A stretch of DNA of 64,000 bases, taken from assembly GCA_964291675.2 (NCBI GenBank), contig OZ219866.1:2432001-2496000 (forward strand), read 5' to 3'. The notes below the pieces were generated by a model. It searched no databases and was not told where the DNA came from. It was given only the letters and a program-made list of their open reading frames with translations. Positions within the stretch are counted from its first letter, which is position 1; the number at the start of each line of letters is the position of its first letter. Source of the stretch: Alphaproteobacteria bacterium (GTDB lineage: Bacteria > Pseudomonadota > Alphaproteobacteria > MPNO01). This document shows positions 39,869 through 49,613 of this stretch, piece after piece. Position numbers and translations under genes: made by a program.

Positions 39869-41024
39869 CTATTGCATCGTGCCCGGCAGCCAGGTCGCGA
39901 GCTCCGGGATCGCCACCAGAAGCGCGATCAGGAGCACCTCGGCGACGACGAAGGGCAGCACGCCCGAGTAGATGCGCGACAGCGGCACGTCCGGCGCCAT
40001 GCCCTTGATGATGAACACGTTCATGCCGACCGGCGGGGTAATCAGCCCGAGCTCGACCACCATGACGACGATGACGCCGAACCAGACGGGATCGAATCCG
40101 AGCTGCAGCACGATCGGAAAGAAGATCGGGATGGTGAGCAGGATCATCGCCAGCGCGTCGAGCGCGCAGCCGAGCAGCAGGTAGATCGCGAGTATGACCG
40201 CCATGGTGACGAACGGTCCCGTGCCCAGCCCGTCGACCCAGCTGCCGAGCGCATCGGCGAGCCCGCCCAGGGTGAGGAACTTGTTCAAGAGAATCGCGCC
40301 GATCAGGATGGTGAAGATCATCGCCGCGGTCTTGATCGTCTCGAGCAGGCAGGCGCCCAGCCGCTTCCCGGCGAACAGCCCGAGCCAGACATAGACGACA
40401 TGGGCGACGAAGATGCCGGTATAGGCGAGATATCCCACCCAGCCGGGCCAGCCCGCGGCCTCGACCCCGGTCGACAGGTTGACGGCGACGGCAACGAGCA
40501 GCACCAGAAGCGAGGCCACGAGCAGCAGGTTCGCGGCCCGCAGCAGCCGCCTGCGCCGCGGCGGCGCGTCGCGCGTCCAGGTGTTGACCGCGAGGTCGAA
40601 GGCGCCCATGAACGCGCGCGCCCACACGTCCCCGACCGCGGCCGATGCCGGCGGCCTCGGTCGGCGTGAACGCGCCGGTATAGATGCCGCCGATCACCAG
40701 GACGAACAGGACGATGGTTGCCAGCGCCAGCCCGCCGCGCCGGTGCCCGAGCCAGGCGTTGCACGACCGGTAAAGGTCTTCCGACAGCCCGGAGCCGGTG
40801 GCGAAGAAGCCCATCAGCACGAATAGCGGGACGACGCTGAGCTCGTTGGTGATCACCGTCTCGTAGACGGTCAGGCCGAGCAGGGAGAGCGACGGCTCGA
40901 CGCCGATCAGCAGGGCCGCGCCCGCGGTGCCGACGGCGCCCATCGCGAAGCCGATCGGCATGCCCATGGCGAGCAGCGCGAACATCGCGACGAGGCCGAC
41001 CAGGTTGAGGACGATCGGATCCAT
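39869..41024 (-). pseudogene. dctM: TRAP DctM pseudogene (internal deletion plus frameshift)
   Basis: The N-terminus jumps from GGLALATI directly to VLFVLVIGGIY..FTPTEAA; the SGSS and GGTLG..IPPS core present in the intact dctM at 13948 is missing. The C-terminus (GLITPPVG) is in another frame from about 40630. Confidence 0.8.
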
Positions 41025-41045
41025 CGCGGGCGTGCGGGCTCCGGC

Positions 41046-41594
41046 TCAGCCGGCGCCGGGGCCGGGCGGGGGACCGGCCGCGTCCGCAACCGCCGTCCCG
41101 GCGGAGATGCGGATCGCCCGGACCCACTGCATAGCCAGCGCGGCGAACATCACGAGCGAGCACAGCACCATGACGACAGTCACCGGCCATAGCGGTATCT
41201 CCCAGATCTGGGTCAGATTGCCGTTGTCCCGCTGGACGACCGCCAGCTCGCCCAGGCGCCAGCAGACCAACGCGACGAAGACCAGCGACACCGCATAGGT
41301 AACGCCGTCGAACGCCGCCTGCCAGCGCGGCGGGAGATGGGAGATCACGATGTCCGCGCGGGTGTGGCCGCGCAGGAAGGTGGTCAGGCCGATCGCCAGG
41401 AAGACCGTCAGCCCCATCGACAGCTCGGTCGCCTCGACCTTGGCCGTGATCGGCGCGGAAAGCAGCTCCCGGCCCAGCACGTCGACGAAGGTCAACAGGG
41501 TCATCGACGCAAGCGTCGCCGCGCTGAGCCAGGCGAGCCGCGAGGCGGCCCGCCCGGCCAGCACGGCGAACCGCCCCGGCGGGGATGCGGTCAC
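41046..41594 (-). CDS. dctQ: TRAP small permease DctQ
   Basis: TFVDVLGR..PI..ATE, GHTRAD; four hydrophobic segments. Confidence 0.8.
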   Translation of the reverse strand: MTASPPGRFAVLAGRAASRLAWLSAATLASMTLLTFVDVLGRELLSAPITAKVEATELSMGLTVFLAIGLTTFLRGHTRADIVISHLPPRWQAAFDGVTYAVSLVFVALVCWRLGELAVVQRDNGNLTQIWEIPLWPVTVVMVLCSLVMFAALAMQWVRAIRISAGTAVADAAGPPPGPGAG

Positions 41595-41610
41595 GAAGCC
41601 GTCGCGGCGG

Positions 41611-42350
41611 CTACTCGATCGCGGCGACCGTCGCCTTCAGATCGGCCTGGCACCGGCGCGGCCGCCCGCCTCGGTCAGCGCGTCCTGCGCCTCCCGGTTC
41701 AGCGAGGCCCATCTCTTCTTGTTCATCGTCAGGAAGAAGGGAACCGTGTACAGCCCGCCGGGCACCAGATGGTGATGCGTGACCAGCTTCTCCAGGCGGA
41801 ACCCCCTGATCGCCTCGAACGGGAAGAACGCGCCGGCGGCGATGCCGCGGAGCAGGCTCTCATGCGCCTTGGTCGCCGGCATCGCGACGGCAACGGCGCC
41901 CAGCTGCTTGGCGAGGAAGATGCCGCCGCCGACCCGGAGCTTCACCCCCTTCAGGTCTTCGAGCGTGGCGATCCGCTTCTTGGTGTGGAGTATGCCCGGC
42001 CCGTGGACCCACACCGTGAGCAGGCGGGTGTCCGCGAACTCCGTCGCGATCAGGCCGTTCTTCTCGTACCACATCCAGGCGGCCTGGCTGCCCACCACGG
42101 CGCTCGGCGACAGGAAGGGAATCTCCCACAGCCGCAGCGCGACGAAGCGTCCCGGGGTATAGGCGGGCACGCCCCAGGCGATGTCGCGGATGCCGTTGAC
42201 CGCGAGGTCGTACTGCCCGGGCGGCTTGGCCAGCGCCGTCTTGTCGACGGTCAGCTTCAGCTTGCCGCCGGACGCCTGTTTCGCCGATTCCGCCCATTCG
42301 GCCAGGGTGTTCGTCATGTGATGCACCGACGGCACCCAGTTGGCGATCGT
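41611..42350 (-). pseudogene. dctP: TRAP DctP pseudogene (no start or signal peptide; near-C-terminal deletion)
   Basis: TIANWVPSVHH, AYTPGRF, LKGVKLRVGGG, MNKKRWASL. The frame stops early at 41637, while the presumed C-terminus ADLKATVAAIE* lies in another frame. Confidence 0.78.
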
Positions 42351-42389
42351 CCTCGAAGCGCAGGAACCAGCCGTCCCGCGCGGCCAGCT

Positions 42390-42848
42390 CGGCGCCGCGC
42401 CACTCGGCCCGGCTTCCTGCTGCGGCTCTGCCTTCAGGAGACCGGACGGGCGTTCGAGCAGGGCTGCGCCGAGCTCGGCCTGACGCCGCGCCAGTTCGAT
42501 TTCCTGTTCGTGCTGAACCGGATCGAGGAGACGACCCAGGACCGCCTGGCCAGAATTCTGGTCCTCGACCGTTCGACCACCGGCCTCGTGGTCGGCATCC
42601 TGGAGCGCAAGGGCTTCGTCGAGCGTCGCGTGGCCCCCGCGGACAGGCGCAAGAGGCTGGTCAGGAGTACCGACGAGGGCCGCGCGGCCTTCGCGAAGGC
42701 GAGCCCGGCGGCCGAAGCGGCCAAGGCTCGGCTCTTCGAGCGGTTGAGCGAGGGCGAACGAGGACTCCTCATGCACCTGCTGCGCAAGATTTCCCGGCCG
42801 ACGCCCCGGGAAGGCGGTCGCCCGCCCGGGTCGATCGCGTCGTCCTGA
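42390..42848 (+). pseudogene. MarR-family regulator lacking its 5' end
   Basis: RPGFLLR, LTPRQF, LDRSTT..LERKGFVER..DRR. No start codon or RBS; abuts the truncated dctP. Confidence 0.75.
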
Positions 42849-42973
42849 CATCCGAGAAGGCCCCCGCCGATCCCGATACCGGCATGGTGCCGCGGAACGG
42901 GTTCAGAAGCCCTCGTCGCCGAGACGCCGCGGACCGGCGTTGCTCCGATCCGCTCTCGACGAACGGCGCGATG

Positions 42974-43001
42974 GAAAAAGGGGCCGGATGGCCCCTTTTT
43001 C
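42974..43001. terminator. Bidirectional rho-independent terminator
   Basis: GAAAAAGGGGCC-GGAT-GGCCCCTTTTTC, just downstream of the TAXI binding-protein stop. Confidence 0.8.
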
Positions 43002-43023
43002 GCCCGGTCGGCCGATGCCGGCG

Positions 43024-43986
43024 CTATTTCGTCATGCCGAGCTCCTTGTAGGCCTTCAACGCGCCGGGGTGGTGCTCGATGCCGGCGTTCTTGAACACCT
43101 CGATCCCCGCGCTCGGGTTCCACGACTTGTAGACCGTCTTCATGTACTTGTCGGTCTTGTCGGTGAAGACGTATTTGACGATGCGATAGATCGTCTCGTC
43201 CGGCACGCTGTCCTGCGCCATGATCGTCGACGGAACGCCGTAGGACTGGGCGTCGGCCACCACGCCGTCGCCGTAATCCGCGGCCTTGATGACATAGGGC
43301 GCGAAGGCCGGGTTCTTGCCGAGCACCGCCTTGAGCTCCGCCGGCGCGAGCGGGATCAGGCGGATCTTGCGGGTCGCCGCCATCGCTGAGACCACCGGAA
43401 CCGGGACGGCGGAGGCCACGGCGAAGGCGTCGATGTTGCCGTCGCGCAGCGCGTTGCCGGCCTCGCTGAAGCCGAGGAACTGGGCCTTGATCTGGTCGCG
43501 CACGCCGACCGTCCGCAGGATCAGGTCGGCATTGGCCGCGGTGCCGCTGCCCGCCTTGGCGAGCGAGACCCGCTTGCCCTTGAGGTCGGCGAAGGACTTG
43601 ATGCCGTCCTTGTCGAGCGTCACCCAGTGGATCGGCGAGATGGTGAGCGCCATCAGCGCGCGGACATTCTTGGCCGGCGGCTTGCCCTTGAATTTTCCGG
43701 TCGAGGTGACGGCGTTGTAGACCGCGCCGAGATTGGCCAGGCCGAGGTTGAGCCCGCCGTCCTCGCGGCTCAGCATCCGCATGTTGGTGGTCGAGCCGGC
43801 GGTGGTCCGGGTCGAGAGCGTGATGCCTTCCAGGTCGCGGGTGATCGCGGTCGACAGCCCGCCGCCCATCAGAAAGTAGCTGCCGCCGGGCGAGCTGGTG
43901 CCGAGGACGAGGCTTTGCGCGGCCGCTCCCTGTGCCAGCGCCAGTACCGCCGCCGAGGCGAGCGTTACCGCAACGAATCTTTTCAT
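43024..43986 (-). CDS. TAXI-family TRAP solute-binding protein
   Basis: Signal peptide, GTSSPGGSYF, TTAGSTTN, LKGKRVS..GSGT, HPGA; GGAG RBS before ATG 43986. Confidence 0.9.
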   Translation of the reverse strand: MKRFVAVTLASAAVLALAQGAAAQSLVLGTSSPGGSYFLMGGGLSTAITRDLEGITLSTRTTAGSTTNMRMLSREDGGLNLGLANLGAVYNAVTSTGKFKGKPPAKNVRALMALTISPIHWVTLDKDGIKSFADLKGKRVSLAKAGSGTAANADLILRTVGVRDQIKAQFLGFSEAGNALRDGNIDAFAVASAVPVPVVSAMAATRKIRLIPLAPAELKAVLGKNPAFAPYVIKAADYGDGVVADAQSYGVPSTIMAQDSVPDETIYRIVKYVFTDKTDKYMKTVYKSWNPSAGIEVFKNAGIEHHPGALKAYKELGMTK

Positions 43987-44034
43987 CCCTTGGTCTCCAT
44001 TGCTTGAATTTACGTTTGCCACACTAGCACCGGC

Positions 44035-45897
44035 TCAGCGGTCGGGAACAGCTTCGCCCGCCTTGCTCCTGCGGAACTGCCAGGCCGTGAAGACGGCGAA
44101 ACAGGCCGCCGCGATCAACGCGTACACCCCGGAGGTCAGCACCAGGGCGATCCCGACGACGATCGAGACGACCCGGTCGGCAAGCGGCAGACGGGCGTAG
44201 TAGAACCCCTCGATCCCGGCCGAGATCGCCAGCCCGCCCAGCGCCAGCGAGGCGATGGTGATCGCGATGCTCCACACGCTGCCCTGCAGCAGCAGCCCCG
44301 GCTGATAGACGAACAGCACCGGCAGATAAAAGATCGCCATCGCCTTGACCATGGCGACATTGCAGACCGGCCACAATCGCTGCTTGGAGATGCCGGCCGC
44401 CATGTAGGCCGCGAGCGCCACCGGCGGCGTGACGTTCGAGGCCTGACCCCACCACAGCACCAGCAGGTGGGCGGCCATCACCGGGATGCCGAGCTGGATC
44501 AGCGCCGGCGCCGCCAGGGTCGCCAGGATCACATAGGCCGGGATCACCGACAGCCCCATGCCGAGGATGTAGCCGATCACGAAGATGAACATGACCGTGA
44601 AGGCGAGATTGCTCTCGGCGAGGTCGATGATCATGCCGGTAATGCGGATGCCGGTGCCGGGCAGCAGCACCGCGCCGGCGATGATCGAGACCGGGCCGGC
44701 GATGGCGATGATCGGCAGCGAGGCCTTCGCGCCCTCGGCCAGCGCCACGACGATCGCGCGCGGCCCCATCGGCCGCGGGGTCAGCCAGCTTGCCGCGATC
44801 ACGCTGACGATGGCCAGCATGCCGATGCGCCTGAGCGAGTAGTCGAGATAGACCATGACCACGACCACCGCGATCGGCACCAGATAGGCCCAGCCCTGCT
44901 TCAGGGTGGCGGAGAAGGACGGGCAGTCCTCGGCCGGCAGGCCCTTCAACCCGTTGCGCCGAGCGTAGAAATGGACCTGCAGGTAGACGTTGAGGAAATA
45001 GAGCAGCGCCGGAATCGTGGCCGCGAGCACGATCTCCCCGTAGGAGAAGCCGGTCAGCGCCACCATGATGAAGGCCGACGCCCCCATCACCGGCGGCATG
45101 ATCGTGCCGCCGGTCGAGGCCGCGGCCTCGATGCCCCCGGCCACCGCCGGCCGGTAGCCGGTCTTCATCATGATCGGGATGGTGATGCTGCCGGTGATCG
45201 CGACATTGGCCGAGGCCGAGCCCGAGATGCTGGCGGTGATGAAGGACGAGCCGACCGCGGCCTTGGCGCCGCCGCCCGGGCGGGTGCCTAGGAAGGAGAG
45301 GCAGAGGTCGGTGAAGTAGTCCGACGCGCCGGAGCGGATCAGGAAGGTGCCGAACACCAGGAACAGGAACAGGTTGGAGGCGAGCACGTAGGTGATCGAG
45401 CCGTACAGGCCGTCGGTCTGGGCATACAGCGCGGTCGCGATCTGGCGCAGGTCGAACCCGCTATGGACGAACGGCCAGGGGACGAAGGCGCCGAAATAGA
45501 GGAATAGCAGGAATGCGCCCGAGATGATCGCCATCGCCAGGCCGAGCGCGCGCCGCCCGCCCTCGATCACGCCCAAAATCATGATCCAGCCGACCGCCAT
45601 GTCGAAATCGCCGATGTCGAAGCCCTCGTTCTCGGCGAAGTAGAGGTAGCGGTCGTTGAACCGGAAGGTGGCGTAGGTCACCGCGAGCAGGAAGACGACG
45701 TCGAACGCCCGCGCCGGGATGGTCCGGGCCAGCGGATGCACGCAGATCGCCAGCGCCACGCCGGCATAGATGAACAGGCTGCGGTCGAGCGCCGGGCTGA
45801 ACGTGCCCCGGGTCGCGACATAGAGGTAGTAGCAGGTCGTCGCCAGCCCGATCACGAAGCCGAGCTTCTTCCATTCGCCGCAAAACGCTTCGGCCAT
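44035..45897 (-). CDS. TRAP 4TM/12TM fused permease (TAXI type)
   Basis: GGGAKAAV, SGSASANV, EAAASTGG.IMPPVMG, LGMG, TPPVALAAY. Confidence 0.9.
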   Translation of the reverse strand: MAEAFCGEWKKLGFVIGLATTCYYLYVATRGTFSPALDRSLFIYAGVALAICVHPLARTIPARAFDVVFLLAVTYATFRFNDRYLYFAENEGFDIGDFDMAVGWIMILGVIEGGRRALGLAMAIISGAFLLFLYFGAFVPWPFVHSGFDLRQIATALYAQTDGLYGSITYVLASNLFLFLVFGTFLIRSGASDYFTDLCLSFLGTRPGGGAKAAVGSSFITASISGSASANVAITGSITIPIMMKTGYRPAVAGGIEAAASTGGTIMPPVMGASAFIMVALTGFSYGEIVLAATIPALLYFLNVYLQVHFYARRNGLKGLPAEDCPSFSATLKQGWAYLVPIAVVVVMVYLDYSLRRIGMLAIVSVIAASWLTPRPMGPRAIVVALAEGAKASLPIIAIAGPVSIIAGAVLLPGTGIRITGMIIDLAESNLAFTVMFIFVIGYILGMGLSVIPAYVILATLAAPALIQLGIPVMAAHLLVLWWGQASNVTPPVALAAYMAAGISKQRLWPVCNVAMVKAMAIFYLPVLFVYQPGLLLQGSVWSIAITIASLALGGLAISAGIEGFYYARLPLADRVVSIVVGIALVLTSGVYALIAAACFAVFTAWQFRRSKAGEAVPDR

Positions 45898-46002
45898 GCC
45901 TTGCCGGTCGCCCAGAGCGCCTCTCCCCCGCCCGCTACCCCGCTATACTCGCGATCCGGTTTCCCGCCGTCCAGCCACGGGCGCGCAACAGGGGCGACGG
46001 CG

Positions 46003-46995
46003 ATGTCCGAAATTCGAGTGCTCAGGGAGGCGGACCTCAAGGCGGTGCTCGATGTCGAGACCGGGCTCGAAATCGTCGAGCGCACGTTCCGCGATCTCGG
46101 CACCAGGGACATCTTCCGCCTGTCCGAGCCCGCCGCGCTGTTGGGCGGCTCCGGGATCGGCACGGCCGCGCGCTACAAGTCCAAGGGCGCGACCCTGATT
46201 TCCGAGAATGTCACCGGGATCCGGCTGATCAGCGACGTGGCGAGGGCGCACGGCTTCCGCTCCCACCACATGCTGGTGGTGTTCGACGACGCGACCGGCG
46301 CGCCGATCGGGCTGTTGAACGAGACCTGGCTGCACCGGTTCCGCACCGCGCTCACCGGCGTGGTCGCGGCCAGGCATCTGGCGCGGCCGGGGTCCCGGGT
46401 GCTCGCGCTGATCGGCGCCGGCTCGATCGCCGCCGAGCTGTTTCCCGCGATCACCCGGGCTTTCGACCTCGACGAGATCCGCGTCGTCGCCCGGCGGCCG
46501 GAGAGCGCCCGGGCCTTCTGCCGCAGGTTTGCCGCCGAGCCCGCCCGGTTCGTCGCCATGCGCGACCCGCAGGACGCGCTCGACGGCGCCGATATCGCGA
46601 TCACCCTGACCTTGGCCCAATCTCCGGTGGTCCGGCCCGGCATGCTGTCGCCGGGCGCCTTCCTGTGCTCGATGGGCGAGACCGAAGAGGTCGCGTTCGG
46701 CGTGCTCGACGAGGCCGATGTGTTCGTCGTGGACGATTTCGAGTATGCGACGGTTCTGGGCGACATCGAGGCGTGGCTGCGCAGCGGCCGCATCGGCCGG
46801 GCCGCGCTGGAGGCCCGGGTGGACGGCCATATCGGCGAGGTCGTCGCCGGGACCAGGCCGTTCCGCCGGAACGACGGCCAGCGCATATTCGCGATCGTCC
46901 AGGGCATGGCGATCTGCGATCTCGCGCTTGCCCGCCACGCGCTGGTTGAGGCGGAGAGACGAGGGCTGGGCGGGAGGCTGGACCTGTTCGGCTGA
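46003..46995 (+). CDS. Ornithine cyclodeaminase / mu-crystallin family protein
   Basis: FDDATG.P, RTA, LARPGSRVLALIGAG, IGEVVAG, GMAICDL; start MSEIRVL at 46003. Confidence 0.85.
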   Translation: MSEIRVLREADLKAVLDVETGLEIVERTFRDLGTRDIFRLSEPAALLGGSGIGTAARYKSKGATLISENVTGIRLISDVARAHGFRSHHMLVVFDDATGAPIGLLNETWLHRFRTALTGVVAARHLARPGSRVLALIGAGSIAAELFPAITRAFDLDEIRVVARRPESARAFCRRFAAEPARFVAMRDPQDALDGADIAITLTLAQSPVVRPGMLSPGAFLCSMGETEEVAFGVLDEADVFVVDDFEYATVLGDIEAWLRSGRIGRAALEARVDGHIGEVVAGTRPFRRNDGQRIFAIVQGMAICDLALARHALVEAERRGLGGRLDLFG

Positions 46996-47022
46996 GTGTC
47001 CCCGGGGCGTGACCCACCGCTG

Positions 47023-47454
47023 TCAGGACGGGGTCCGCGCGTACTCGGCCAGCGTTATCACCGCGTCGCCATGTCCGGTCGGCGCCAGCGCGTTTGCGAA
47101 GCGGAGGTCCGCCGTCACCACCGCGGCGCCGATGCGGTGCGCCAGCGCGAGATAGATGCAGTCGTAGACAGGCCGGTCGAGTGCCAGCGCGAGACGAAGC
47201 GCATCGGCCGCCACCGTTTCATCGGCGTTCCAGCGGACCGGCATCTCCCGCACCGACTCCATCATGGCGCCGGCATCCCTGCGTTCGATCTCGCCCAGCC
47301 GAGCCTTGCGCCACACGGCATTGGCGATCTCGCAAGCCATCAGGCGCGGCGCGTGGAGATCGTCGTCGCCCGATGCGAGCGTGCGCGCCATGTCCGAACC
47401 CTGTTCGGCAACCAGCCACTTGACCGCCACGCTGGCGTCGACGACCAGGCGCAT
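47023..47454 (-). CDS. vapC: PIN-domain toxin (VapC/FitB-like)
   Basis: VVDASVAVKW, EIANA, YDCIYLALA and VTAD carry the acidic PIN residues. Confidence 0.9.
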   Translation of the reverse strand: MRLVVDASVAVKWLVAEQGSDMARTLASGDDDLHAPRLMACEIANAVWRKARLGEIERRDAGAMMESVREMPVRWNADETVAADALRLALALDRPVYDCIYLALAHRIGAAVVTADLRFANALAPTGHGDAVITLAEYARTPS

Positions 47455-47711
47455 CAGAAATCGCGGTGGCCGCGGTCGCGGTCTTCGCGGATCAGCACCT
47501 CCGCCGGCGTATGCGCCCGCCCTTCGGTCGCGCGCCGCAGCCGGTCCGACAGGGCCAGGAAGGACGCGCGCCTGGCCGCCATGTCGTCCGCGACCGCGTT
47601 CTCGAGAATGTGGCGCACCTCGCCTTCCAGAGACCGGTTGTTCGCCGCCGCGCGCCGCTTTAGTCGCTGAACCACGCGCTCGTCGAGCCGCCGCACGTTG
47701 ATCGTCGCCAT
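47454..47711 (-). CDS. Ribbon-helix-helix antitoxin (FitA-like)
   Basis: MATINVRRLDERVVQRLKRRAAANNRSLEGEVRHILE; its stop overlaps the toxin ATG. Confidence 0.88.
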   Translation of the reverse strand: MATINVRRLDERVVQRLKRRAAANNRSLEGEVRHILENAVADDMAARRASFLALSDRLRRATEGRAHTPAEVLIREDRDRGHRDF

Positions 47712-47731
47712 CGCCTCATTCCGGAAAGCTA

Positions 47732-47750
47732 TAGCATCGAAATGATGGCA
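47732..47750. promoter_or_regulatory. Possible antitoxin operator (imperfect inverted repeat)
   Basis: TAGCATCG-AAA-TGATGGCA about 20 bp upstream of the antitoxin start; the half-site resembles the FitA-type TGATAGCA. Confidence 0.35.
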
Positions 47751-47773
47751 GGAGTTGGCGCCGTCAAGAACCC

Positions 47774-48520
47774 TCAGTGCCGGACAAGCAGGCGCCCGTA
47801 GCCTTCCACCGCGATCGCCGATCCCATCGCCCGCAGGCAGCGCCAGAGCGTCGCCTGGTTGCTGGTCACCACGGGCTTGCCGAGCTCGTCCTCGAGGCGT
47901 TCGATCAGGTCGAGCGACGGCAGGTTGGTGCAGCTTATGAACACCGCATCGGCGTCCGGCCGGTCGACCCGGCGCGCCAGTTCCCGGGTGGTCTCCAGGG
48001 GAACCCGGCCGATGCCGGCGCGCTCGGACGCGGTCCTGCCGAGCCCGAGACCTTCGACGGAGACGACGTCGAGGCCGTGCTCGGTGAGCCATTCGGTCTC
48101 GCGCCGGTTGACGAAATCGGTCCTGGGCGTGGCGAGCGCGATGTGCCGCGCGCCGAGCGCGCGGAGGGCGGCGACGACCGCATCCGAGGTCAGCACCGCC
48201 GGCGCGCCCGTCATCCGCGTCATCGCCTCGGTCAGAACCTCGCCGGGGAAGAAATAGGTGCACGACGTGCAGCCGAAGGCGATCACGTCGACACCCGCCG
48301 AGCCCAGATCGCGAGCTGCCCCTTCGACGTTCTCGGCGATCTGCCGGTAGAGCGCCGGCGCCTGCGGCCCGTCCTGGAAGGCGCGCGCGACGTGGACCGC
48401 GAGACCCGCCGGGGCCATTCGATGGAATTCCGGCTCGATGCTGGTGTTGGTCGAGGGGCAGACCAGCCCGATCCTGCCGAGCCCGGCATAGGGGCCGGCG
48501 GCGGGAAGGCTATCGGCCAT
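47774..48520 (-). CDS. Maleate cis-trans isomerase / Asp-Glu racemase family protein
   Basis: IGLVCPSTN, both catalytic Cys (FGCTS, ISCTNL), KPVVTSNQA. Start at 48520 overlaps the upstream stop. Confidence 0.88.
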   Translation of the reverse strand: MADSLPAAGPYAGLGRIGLVCPSTNTSIEPEFHRMAPAGLAVHVARAFQDGPQAPALYRQIAENVEGAARDLGSAGVDVIAFGCTSCTYFFPGEVLTEAMTRMTGAPAVLTSDAVVAALRALGARHIALATPRTDFVNRRETEWLTEHGLDVVSVEGLGLGRTASERAGIGRVPLETTRELARRVDRPDADAVFISCTNLPSLDLIERLEDELGKPVVTSNQATLWRCLRAMGSAIAVEGYGRLLVRH

Positions 48521-49598
48521 CCGCGCCGCCCGCATCGGCGATGCACGCGCACAACCCGCCGCCGGGCGGCGCCTGGTGCTCGGTCCCGCCGCTGACGAAG
48601 ACCCGCCCGGTGCCGAGGATGCCGCCGATCACCCCGCTGGCGGTCGCCCGCATGTGCTTGTCGGGGTCGAGGTCGCTGTGGAAGACGGTCGTGCGTTCGC
48701 CGCGCACCCGCCCGTCCGGCGCGACGCCGGTCTTCACGAACACCGCCCGCAGCCTTTCCGGCGCGGCGATCTCGCCCGACTCGTCGAGGCCGCAGCCGGC
48801 CCTTCGGAACAGGGTCTTCAGCGAACGCGCGTCGAGAATGTCGGCCATCGGTCCGGAGAACACCTTGGTCGACCCGCCGGCGCCCGGCCGGTTGCCCAGG
48901 ACCAGAACCTCGCCAACCTCGACCTCCGTGCCGGAAAAGCTCATCGTCCGCCTCGAATGGCGTTGCAGGTCGGCGCCGATCCGCGTGTCCCCGATCTCCG
49001 CCTCGGTCAATTCGCCCAGCGCCAGCGCGACGCCGAGCGCGGCCGCGCCCCGGGATTGCCCGCTCGACCCGGCCCGGGCGACGACCGCCGGATCGCCGGT
49101 CGCCGCGGCGTCGCGGTGGCTGAGGATCGGGCTCTTGACCAGGACCAGGGCGACCCGATCCGGGGCGAGCCCGGCTTCGGCCATCGCGTCCTCCACCGCG
49201 CCGGCGATCAGGCGGGCATGGGTCGGCGTGACCAGCTCGCCCGCCGTCATCGCCCGGGTCCGCCCGCCGCCGATGACCAGGCGCTCCTCGTCGCCGCCGC
49301 CGCCGTCGGCGATCGCCGCCAGCACGTAGACCACCGGGCTCAGCACGCCCTCGGAGCCGGTCGAGAAAATGAGCGTGGACGCGCCGAGCAACTCCGCGCC
49401 GCCGATTCGTTCGATCGTCGCCTCGGCGGCCGACAGCGCGAGCTCGCGCGAGAAATCGTTGATCGTCGCGGTGCCTTCGGTCTTGGCGACCAGCGCCAGG
49501 CGCGCGATGTCGCCTGTCGGCAGCCCGGAAAGAATGCGTTCGAGCCCCGCCACGTCGCCGGGGCCGTCGGTCGCGTAAGAATCGACATGGACTCGCAT
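48510..49598 (-). CDS. Ring-opening cyclic amide hydrolase (AtzD/barbiturase family), divergent
   Basis: KTEG..NDFSR, S.GSEGVLSP, VKSP, SRGAAALG, DGRVRGER, VFVSGGTEHQAPPGGG. Confidence 0.88.
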   Translation of the reverse strand: MRVHVDSYATDGPGDVAGLERILSGLPTGDIARLALVAKTEGTATINDFSRELALSAAEATIERIGGAELLGASTLIFSTGSEGVLSPVVYVLAAIADGGGGDEERLVIGGGRTRAMTAGELVTPTHARLIAGAVEDAMAEAGLAPDRVALVLVKSPILSHRDAAATGDPAVVARAGSSGQSRGAAALGVALALGELTEAEIGDTRIGADLQRHSRRTMSFSGTEVEVGEVLVLGNRPGAGGSTKVFSGPMADILDARSLKTLFRRAGCGLDESGEIAAPERLRAVFVKTGVAPDGRVRGERTTVFHSDLDPDKHMRATASGVIGGILGTGRVFVSGGTEHQAPPGGGLCACIADAGGADGR

Positions 49599-49613
49599 GG
49601 TCGGGGCGATCCG

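Noticed and set aside
42849-42960. Possible IS end near GTTCAGAAGCCCTCGTC
   Set aside because: No partner inverted repeat or transposase sequence was found, so it cannot be supported.
48510-49598. Calling this gene atzD, i.e. atrazine/cyanurate degradation
   Set aside because: Active-site motifs deviate from canonical cyanuric acid hydrolases, and no biuret or allophanate hydrolase context was recognised.
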